A stretch of DNA of 64,000 nt from Octopus vulgaris (lineage: Eukaryota). Positions 54,132-64,000 of this stretch are shown here, piece by piece (within the stretch, counting starts at the first letter, position 1; each line of letters starts with the position of its first letter). A program made the translations under genes and the position numbers. The notes beneath the pieces were generated by a model. It had not been told where the DNA came from. It worked only from the letters and a program-made list of their open reading frames with translations, and ran no database searches. The stretch lies in the NCBI GenBank assembly GCA_951406725.2, contig OX597814.1, positions 33,976,001 through 34,040,000 of the forward strand, read 5' to 3'.

Positions 54132-54354
54132 TTATTATTATTGTTGTTATTATTATTATAATTTTTATTATGATTATTATTATCTGTAGCATCTTCTCAT
54201 TGCTATGGCCATGTCATTATTAACATTTTCATTATCATCACTACTTTCTCCTCCTTGTCCTTTTCCAACTCCTCAGCTTCTTCCTTTAGCATCAGATTAC
54301 TGACCTAATTTATTGTCAACTGTACTCTACCTAGCAATGTGACTTGCATGAGAA

Positions 54355-54545
54355 GGCAGTAAGCTGGCAGAAATGTTAGCACACCGGGCGAAATGCTTAG
54401 CAGTATTTTGTCTGTCTTTACATCCTGAGTTCAAATTCCGTCAAGGTCAACTTTGCCTTTCATCCTTTCGGGGGTTAATAAAGTACCAGTTGCATACTGG
54501 GGTCGATCTAATTGACTGGCCCCATCCCCCCAAATTTCGGGGGCG
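54355..54545 (+). mobile_element. SINE family A copy
   Basis: Head and core motifs as above. Confidence 0.8.
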
Positions 54546-55837
54546 ATTTGTTCAATATATATATATATATATATATCATCATCATCATCATCGTTTAACG
54601 TCCGTTCTCCATGCTAGCATGGGTTGGACGGTTCGACCGGGGATCTCGGAAGCCAGAAGGCTGCACCAGGCTCCAGTCTTATCTGGCAATGTTTCTACAG
54701 CTGGATGCCCTTCCTAATGCCATATATATATATATATATATTGCTTTCTTTGTAACTGGGTTCCACTCTATAAAGTTACACAGTGAATCTCATAACCTAA
54801 TAGTTCACTGAACACTATATCTTCATGTAGTATGTCCAAATCAGCTTAGCAGAGCATGCTTTTTTTTTCAAGCTGTACTCCCATACCCATAGACAGTGTT
54901 GAATTTTGCACTACAAACTAATGAAGCTCTTATGAGTTTTCCAGTGTTTACACTGTCGTTTAGTGAAACTAAGTAGACTGGGCTACTTGAGAGTTGAATG
55001 TTTTGTTTGAAGCCACAACACAGGTGTAGGACATGAAATGTCAACCTTTCAGTTGATTGTCTGGTGTTCTGTCAACTTAGCCATACATGTGCCTTATAAG
55101 ATTATAATGAAACATAAACAGATATTTATGTTCAGAACTGGTTGATACTGGCTGCCTCTTCTTTCTTACAATAGTGTAGTCTATTGAGAAGATACATTAG
55201 TATGGCTACTGGTTGCCTTCTCCTACATGAAATCAAAGGCACAATGGAACAGAAAATCGAATATTTACTTTTTTTGCAATGATTTGGTCTGGGGGAAGAA
55301 GCAGGTACATGGCCTTTGAAGACCATCTAAAACCAGTAAAGTTGATGCAAATGATGTATATTTCAGAGGATGACATTCTGAAAAGAAAGTTTGGAGCATC
55401 TGTTGTAAGGCACAGAGAATAAATGCAATATGAGTGATGTAAAGAGGAGAGACAAATGTCAATAATAAGTCTAGTGGACCTGGGTGGACCAGGGTGCACC
55501 TGGTTAGAGACCATCTAGCTCTGAAGAGCAGAGTGAAACAATGTCAATGCGGTCAAAGTTTGGAGTATGCTGCATCATGCTGGTGAATCAAACTATATTT
55601 ATTATTCTGTCTTATTTTATAAATTCATCAAAGAGTTTTTACAGTTTTAAAACAATTCTAACCATTAAGTAAAACTGTATTTCTAGAATAGATCTCAAAG
55701 TTTCAGATAGTTTGTTTTATTCAACAAAATATAAATTTTCACCAATTATTAAGTCCTTTGAGCAGTTCCAACATCTTATGTACAAATAAGAGTCATACAA
55801 GATAAACTGTATGCCATAACAAGCTGTGACATGTATA

Positions 55838-56250
55838 TCATCATCACCATTTAACGTCTGCTTTCCATGCTAGCATGGGTTGGATGATTTGACTGAGGTC
55901 TGGTGAACCAGATGGTTGTAACAGACTCCAATCTGATCTGGCAGAGTTTCTACAGCTGGATGCCCTTCCTAACGCCAACCACTCCGAGAGTGTAGTGGGT
56001 GCTTTTTACGTGCCACCGGCACGAGGGCCAGTCAGGTGGTACTGGCAACGGCCACGCTCAAATGGTGCTTTTTATGTGCCACCTGCACAGGAGCCAGTCC
56101 AGTGGCACTGGCAATGACCTTGCTCGAATGTTTTTTCACATGCCACCAGCACAAGTGCCAGTAAGGCGATGCAGGTAACGATCATGCTTGAATGGTGTTT
56201 TTTACATTCCATTGGCACGGAGGCCAGCTTGTTGCTCTGGCAGCAAATCA
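55838..56250 (-). mobile_element. Interspersed repeat family E with a (GAT)n-type tail, probably an RTE-related 3' end/SINE. Other copies at ~51390-51620, 54577-54722 and 56945-57080
   Basis: Shared CATCATC...TTTAACGTC...TCCATGCTAGCATGGGTTGGA...GTTTCTACAGCTGGATGCCCTTCCTAA. Confidence 0.75.
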
Positions 56251-56810
56251 TGTGAATGTTGGAATACTGAATGACGTACATGAACAATTCTTAATGAATT
56301 GAAATTTCTGTCTTAGTTGGAGATTGAAAACAAATCAGGCTACAATTGCTTATGACACATAAGGAAACATAGTTTCAAGAATATTTAGAATTCATTCTGA
56401 GAAATTTAATCCTCGTGCGTTAGAGATAATCTGATTGTTGTTAGCAGGGGCAGTAATGACATGAAATGTTTCAGTCTTATTGCACCTCATCAGCAGAACA
56501 CAGCCAGTATGAAGCTGCATGATCAAAAGACAATAGTTTTTACATAGAGAAAAAGTGTTATGAAGACTTTTGGCCAGAAGTAATTTTCATAATAATAATT
56601 ACAATTGAGCTAAAGGAAATGACTTGGATAAACCAATGGCATGGATAAAGATACATCATGTAGGTGTTAATATGCTGAATGACATGCAAAAATGCTTACT
56701 GAATTGAAATTTCTACTTGTAGTAGGAGAAAGGAATCAAAAGCCTTGTGGTAATCATTAGTAATTTACAATTGGCAAAATAGATATATTCATGCATGTAA
56801 AGCATATTTC

Positions 56811-56952
56811 ATCATCATCACCACCACCACCACCACTGCCACCACCACCGCCACAACCACCACCACCACCACCACCACTGCCACCACTGCCACCACCACC
56901 ACCACCACTACCGTCACCACTGCCACCACCACCACCATCAACAACATCATCA
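56811..56952. repeat. (CCA)n-rich trinucleotide tract
   Basis: Direct reading. Confidence 0.9.
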
Positions 56953-58379
56953 TTTAATGCCCACTTTCCATGCTAGCATGCATTGGATGATTTGACTCTC
57001 ACTATTTGAGAGCTACAGGCTGCATCAAGCTCCAATGTTATGCCAACCACTTTACAGGGTGTACTGGGTGCTTTTTTTAAATTTTGTGTCAATAACACTA
57101 ATGGGATTGTCATGTAACCTATAAGACAGAAAAGAAGAGAGAAAAAGGAAATGGAAAAAAGCTCCTACTCTTAAGATGAAGGATTTGGGAGGGGAAGGTG
57201 GAGGTGGGTGGCTTTATGCCAGATGCTGAAAGGCTAAAGTATGATAGAGGGAGAAGCACAAACATCTTGCTATAGAGGAGATGCATGGCTTTAGGAGATA
57301 AAAGGAAGATAGTGATGGGATGTTACAGCAAATTGTCAAGGAACAAGGTGAGCATAAGAGAGGACATGGTGAGTGGGTCATGGGAGAGGATGAGAGAATG
57401 GAAGCTTTTGTTAATGTGTGAGAGTGAGAGGAGAGTAAACAGTTGGAGGTTGAGATTAATGTAGTAAATTATGAGCAAGGGTGAGGGTGCAGATGATGGG
57501 AAACACAAGTATGTAGAGGTGTAATGCGGGAGACATAGGAGTAACTCAGGAAGAAGGATAGAACAGAATATAGTGGGATGATGAGAAAGGTGTAGAAGTA
57601 GTGGAGAGGAAGATATAGGGATACGTAAGATGGTAGATATGGGGGAGGGCATTGAGAATGATAGCAGACAAGAGTTGTTTAGAATAGAGTATAGCAGAGA
57701 GAGTGAGAGACACACACAGACAGACAGAGACACAGAGAGAGAGAGAGAAGGAGAGAGGGAGAGAAGGAGAGAGAGAGAGAGAGAGAGGGAGAGCAGTGGT
57801 TAAAAGTATAGAAGTGGTTCTGGGGGTGTGGGGCCGACCATTACAGAGGATTGGCTGTAATACGTGTGCCAATTCTGCTCTCAGGTAAGTACAACAGCCA
57901 AGTATTACCAATGATATAAGAGGGATGAAAATGGTGATAGTGGTGGTGGTAGTGCTGGTGGGGTGCTTGATGTGTTAGAGAGAAGAGAGAGAGGAGTGGG
58001 GACAGGGTCTTGCATGTACTAGAATAACCAAGTGGTTTTAGGATATCATTTTTATTGTAATGGACAGGTCTTCTTGAGCACAGCAAAATGTCAATCATCT
58101 CTGTCTTTGTCACCTCTTCTGTAAGGCTCAACGTCTTGTGATCAGCCTTCAATGCTTTGTCCTATGTCTTCCTGGGTCTCCCTTTTCCACATGCTTACAT
58201 ACATATATTCATAAGCTTAGGTTCATAGACAATGCACCATTCATATCATGAGAGTGAAAATGTGTCAGAAAGAGAGGGTGGGTGATTGAGGAGAAAGAGA
58301 GACTAAGGGGAAGCAGAAGTGGGAGAAACCCATGAAATGACTTTTGAAACTACTATTTTATTTTATTTTATTTTCACAG

Positions 58380-59512
58380 ATGAAGTCCGAACTGGCAAGT
58401 ATTCCCACTTATTTCATCCTGAGCAATTGATAACAGGAAAGGAAGATGCTGCTAACAACTATGCCAGAGGACATTATACGATTGGTAAAGAAATTGTGGA
58501 TTCAGTATTAGAGAGGATTCGCAAACTGACCGACCAATGTAATGGTCTGCAAGGATTTTTGATTTTCCATAGCTTTGGTGGTGGCACTGGTAGTGGTTTT
58601 ACTTCTTTATTAATGGAACGTCTCAGTGTAGATTATGGTAAGAAATCTAAATTAGAATTTTCCATTTACCCAGCTCCACAAATTGCTACTGCTGTTGTTG
58701 AGCCATATAACTCTATTCTGACAACTCATACTACACTAGAACATTCTGATTGTTCATTTATGGTTGACAATGAAGCCATCTATGATATATGTAGGCGTAA
58801 TTTAGACATTGATCGTCCAAGCTATACCAATCTGAACCGATTGATTGCTCAAGTAGTCAGTTCCATCACAGCCTCATTACGGTTCGATGGAGCCCTTAAT
58901 GTAGATTTAACTGAATTCCAAACCAACCTTGTACCTTATCCAAGAATTCACTTTCCATTGGTAACTTATGCTCCAATCTTATCTGTTGAGAAAGCTAATC
59001 ACGAACAGTTGACAGTTTCAGAGATTGCCAATGCATGCTTTGAGCCATCTAACCAGATGGTTAAATGTGATCCACGTCATGGAAAATACATGGCTTGTTG
59101 CATGTTATATCGTGGAGACGTAGTACCAAAAGATGTCAATGCGGCTATTGCTACAATTAAAACCAAAAGGTCTATACAATTTGTTGACTGGTGTCCAACT
59201 GGATATAAAGTTGGTATCAATTATCAACCACCAACAGCAGTGCCTGGTGGAGATTTGGCTCAAGTACCACGAGCGGTGTGTCTTTTAAGTAACACAACAG
59301 CCATTGCTGAAGCTTGGGCCAGGCTAGATTTTAAGTTTGACCTCATGTATGCTAAACGTGCATTTGTTCATTGGTATGTTGGTGAAGGTATGGAAGAAGG
59401 AGAATTTTCAGAAGCAAGAGAAGATCTGGCTTCATTGGAAAAAGATTATGAAGAAGTTGGATTTGATACAGAAGATATTTATCCTGAAGAAGAAGAACTA
59501 GAAGAATATTAA
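58380..59512 (+). CDS. Alpha-tubulin, terminal exon (codon 76 to stop)
   Basis: Acceptor ttttattttcacag|AT completes Asp76 with the G from exon 2. Contains GGGTGSG, the NNYARGHY and RAFVHWY motifs, and an acidic tail ending EEY. Confidence 0.97.
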
Positions 59513-59587
59513 ATAGAAATATTATCTCCCCTGCAGCATTATCATAGCTTAAAATATTCTTCCACGTTATTACTTATAAATTTCAAG

Positions 59588-59593
59588 AATAAA
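59588..59593 (+). promoter_or_regulatory. Candidate polyadenylation signal for alpha-tubulin
   Basis: AATAAA ~75 nt after the stop codon. Confidence 0.45.
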
Positions 59594-61519
59594 TTCAGCT
59601 TTGAAAAATATAAATTATCATGTGATTTCAAACTATAACAATGGTAGCTTTATTTATAACTTGCAAATGAATTTTTTTTAACTTCTTTTAAAGGAGTTTT
59701 ATTTTTTGGTAAACATTAAGGATCTTTTTTTTTTTTTTTAAGTTCAGAGATGAACTTTTTTTATGCAGAATTTTACAACCAAATGCTCTTCCTAACACCT
59801 ACTTCATCGTTGATTTACCAAAGTTTGTCTTCCTGTCTGTCACCTTTTACACACACAAATTATACAAGCAGGCAGCTTTATTATTTTAAGAAAGCATAAT
59901 GCAGTGATAAAAAGGATTAAACAATCAATTTATACTTGTTTAATCTAAACTATATCCATATATATTTTCAGAGAAATTATTTAATTAATGCCTAATTAGC
60001 ATTTTTTGTTCATTTTTTTAATTTTATGACTAACCAAAAAGTTAAAGGTTGTTATGGTTGTAACATTGCTGAGATTCTACAGCAGAATATCAATATTGAT
60101 GTTATTATTGGAAACTAACGACTTACTTATATGGAAGTATATATACCACTTGTGATATATATTTATACCACTTGTGCTAATTAAGTTCTTAGAGCAATTA
60201 TATTTTCACTTCTTTTTAAATTTTTATATCAAGGAACAAATATATATACACACACACACACACGATTGGGTGTGCTCAACGCACAACAGTTAAACCATTC
60301 AGGTTTTGGCTCTAATGTTAATTGCGTTAAACTCCCACCGTTGCATGTATGTATGTATGTAAGCTATGTGATCTTCAAATTTACAGATTTAGGGAAGTGT
60401 TTTAAATTTAATCAATGATTTCTCAATTGCTGCAATTGCAACTTCAATATAGCTTGTTATTATCACTGGAAAGTCAGTTAATATGATTTGAGGTGTTATA
60501 GAGTTTGTTATTGATACAAGACTAATGTGAATTTGACCTGTTATAGGGTTTGTTATTGATATGTTGCTCAATATAGTTTTGACTAACTGCAAGATTTATC
60601 ATTGACTTGTCGAGCAGTATGGTTTGATATTCTATATGTTATGCTTATGCCAAGTAATATAATTGAAAAGTTTATGGTTTGTTATGATGATATGTCAACT
60701 ACTGGTATGGGTTTTCCTGAAACAAGATTTATCAACATGTTAACTAGTATGGTTCGATGTTCTGTTGTTTGTTATGTGCGTTGTTATTGATATGACAACT
60801 AGTATGGCCTGGCATGTTACTGTATTGTTAGTATGGCAATTAACATGGCTTGACATCTTACAACTAACATTCAGTATGTTTAATGTAACATGCTCTGCTT
60901 GTCATGATAGTATATACCACTGATATAACATGATGCATTATAAAGTTCTTATTGAAGTGTGAACTACACTGTTCCAATACTGATTACAAGCCATAGAGGT
61001 GTTGGGGGATAATATCAATTAGTTTATTTATTAATTTATTTATAAGTTACTAGCAAAATTAATATTAACTGATTAACATGAACTTATGCTGTTTTGCTAT
61101 ATTTACAATAGTTCTGCTAATGTATAATAATTATGTTTAAATAATTATTAATTCTAGTGTATGTTGACCATTTTAATTGTTCAAATCAATGTTAAGTTGT
61201 CTGTTTGTAAACTGATACAGCTGTTTAACCTCATTTCAATTTTTAAAAAATTACAAAATAACAAAAGCTTCCAAGGAAATATCTTCCATAAAAGAATACA
61301 TAAATGCGAAATAAATGTTTTTTAAACACTATTCAAGTTGTTTTGTTTTATTTCAACTTTCCCTACTCTGAGCTTTTAAACAGAAGACATTTAGCTTATG
61401 TAATTTCTTTTTAAGCTCTTTACAAGTATAACATTTTTTTCAACAATTTTCTCTTTACAACTTGTTTACAGTGAACCTTGTTATTTTTCAGTACCTTTTC
61501 TTTTAGGCTTTAATTTCTA

Positions 61520-61806
61520 GTGGTTTGCAAGATTCTTTATATGAGTTCGTGTGTTGAAGCATATTCTGTTGTGTCTGGGGAGAGTCATTTTCTTTTTGTG
61601 CCTTATAATAAAACACACTCACCGGTAAAATTTCCAATTTTTTCTTATTTTTATTGTCCTAAAATTTTTGCTGCATCTTGCAACCTTTTCAATAGTTTTG
61701 ACTCTTTAGGACAATAAAAATAAGAAAAAAGTGGAAATTTTACCATTGAGTGTGTTATATTATAAGGCACAAAAAGAAAATGACTTTCCTCAGACACAAC
61801 AGAATA
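61520..61806. repeat. ~100-bp inverted repeat with a ~41-bp spacer (Penelope-like terminus)
   Basis: 61562-61663 pairs with 61705-61806; its head TTGCAAGATTC...CGTGTGTTGAA is shared with the structure at 43213. Confidence 0.85.
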
Positions 61807-61832
61807 ATAATAATAATAATGATAATAATAAT

Positions 61833-64000
61833 AAATGGAACCGGGAAGAATATAAAGAAGTAATATATGCTTATTACTTTGCATTAAGTAGGCCAACCCA
61901 AGAGAAACACACCGCAAACTCCTACAGAATTTGGAGGAGCCGGAATCCAGCTAGTAGACCAAACCCGGATGAAAACAGATTAGCAAATGTTAGAAGAGAT
62001 ATCTTCAGAAATATCAGACCCACAGATGCAGTGGTAGAGAATGATCTAAATGTAAGTCAGGAAGGAAATAATGAAGCAGAGGGGAGGAATGTTGGACTGC
62101 AAGCATTGACTGAAAGGCGAACATCTGCCGAAAAGACTCAAGATCCTGAAGAAGAAGAAAATATAATGACCCTAGAAAAAACAGCCCGGAAAATGATGTC
62201 GAAACAGAATTTGAAGACCACATATTCGCTGAACAATACAGAAAGTCTATCATTGAAATGAAGCAGGAAGTTCTGAATGAGCTCGCAGTTGTAGGGCACA
62301 CAACTATGAATGTTAGGGAACCACTCCATAAACTCTCAAATGCACACCAACATAAAACACAAATAAAAATTGGCAAGAAATCATACAAAAACTAAAACCC
62401 GATCTTAATAAGTTAAATGAAATTATTTACTCCGTTGCTAAGGTAATCGAAAGATGCTGTTTAATGCCCAAAAAGCCAACAGTACCAAATTCAAAAAGAA
62501 AATCAAACTGGAGGAGTAGAATTGAAACTGAAATTGAATCATTGCAAAAGGAGATATCAATATTAACTGAGCTAATCTCTGGAAATGGTGTAAGATCAAG
62601 AAAAGGCAGGCAGATTGTGAGAAAATATGGACTCTCAACAAGAGAAGAACTAATCTCAGCGAAAGAAACAAACAAAAAGTTCAAGCAAAAGCTCAGAGAA
62701 TATGCAGATTTGAGAAAAGAATTAAATGCTACAAGCAAAATAAGATGTTCAAATCCAATGCCAAATCATTATACAGGGAAATAGGGAAAGAAAAAATAAC
62801 TATTGAAAATCCACCCCTAATGGAAGAAGTTGAAAACTTTTGGAAAGAGGATGGAGTGATGAGAAACCATACAGTGAAAATGCAAACTGGATCAAACGCA
62901 TCCAAGACGCCTACAAAAATCTACAAGAACAGGTATGGGAAGACATCTCAATCATCGACCTAAGGAGGGCACTAACGAAGGCTCATAAGTGGAAATCCCC
63001 TGGTATTGACAGAGTACCAAATTTCTGGTTCTCATCACTCTCGTCCGCACACAAAATGTTAGTAATACTATTTAATAGTATTATGAAAGACCCGGAAAAA
63101 ACTCGCCATTGGATGGCAAAGGGTATTACTTACCTCCTCCCCAAAAATAATGAAACAAAAGATCAAAAAAACTACCAGCCTATAACATGTTTGTCTACTA
63201 CCTATAAGAATTTGACACCTATTCTAGTGGAGAAAACATATACGTTTATGGAAGAGAATAACCTCTTTCTCACTGAACAAAAAGGATGCAGACAAGGCTC
63301 ATACGAATGCAAAGATCATCTCCTAATTAATCGCATGATCCTTGAGAACTGCCATAACAAGCGCAGAAATCTCAGCTCTTCTTGGATTGATTACAAAAAA
63401 GCCTTTGACAGCATACCACATTCGTGGATTCTGAAATCGCTGGACATTTTCAAAATTTCTCCTGTGATTTCAGATTTTTTAAAGTATAATATGTTACTAT
63501 GGAACACGAAGCTCCAATTATACCATAATGGAGTATTGCGCTCAAACAATATTAGCATAAACTGTGGTATTTTCCAAGGTGACTCACTTTCACCACTAAT
63601 TTTCTGCATAGCACTAATACCACTCGCAAGTGAACTGAATAGAACAGGGTATGACTACAAAATTGACAACAGGAAAATAAGCCATCTATTTTATATGGAT
63701 GACTTAAAACTATATGGCAAAGATGATGAAGAGCTTGACGGACTCTTACATACTGTGAAAGGATTCAGTGATGATATCGGGACGGAGTTTGGCCTTGAAA
63801 AGTGTGCTAAAGCCTCTTTTAAGAAAGGGAAATTAGTAAAGTCAAGTTCAATCAAATTAGATGTCGAAACAGTAATAAAGAAACTTGAGCAGGAACAAAC
63901 CTATAAATACCTAGGAATAAATGAAGGCTCTGGTATCCAGCATGCAAGCATGAAAGAGAAGGTAAGGAAGGAATGTTATAGAAGAGTTCGAGCAATCCTG
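61833..64000 (+). mobile_element. R4/Dong-like non-LTR retrotransposon; N-terminus frameshifted, RT frame open from ~62870 to the window end
   Basis: KWKSPGID, NYQPITCL, EQKGC, WIDYKKAFDSIPHSWI, GIFQGDSLSPLIFC, SHLFYMDDLKLY, FGLEKC, YKYLG. No AP-endonuclease motifs seen upstream of the RT. Preceded by (AAT)n. Confidence 0.88.

Noticed and set aside
58319-58379. N-terminal extension [20 protein letters not shown] of the tubulin ORF
   Set aside because: This is intron sequence (polypyrimidine tract) upstream of the AG acceptor at 58378-58379.

Overview
AT-rich, repeat-dense animal genomic DNA. The SINE families and microsatellite load look like a coleoid cephalopod, probably Octopus; this is an inference from repeat style, not a database result. 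Two host genes are clear, both on the + strand. One is the ~3.8 kb terminal coding exon of an RPAP1 orthologue (260-4079). The other is a divergent alpha-tubulin (exons 53307-53529 and 58380-59512; the ATG-only exon 1 was not located with certainty). This tubulin has Gln instead of Lys at position 40 and a remodelled N-terminal loop region. Between the genes lie ~49 kb of microsatellites, a 27-bp minisatellite, several SINE families and decayed transposons: mariner, Tigger-like, Buster-type hAT plus a MITE, piggyBac-type MITEs, Helitron-like elements, and HERO-, CR1/Jockey- and RTE-like LINE fragments. An R4/Dong-like LINE runs off the right edge. Less obvious features include foldback structures with hammerhead-ribozyme-like cores (Penelope/retrozyme-like), a cryptic PHD-finger reading frame, (TAA)n-targeted insertions and a candidate orphan first exon near 19.5 kb. 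No prokaryotic-type system (CRISPR, operon) is present. Most listed ORFs are microsatellite artefacts.
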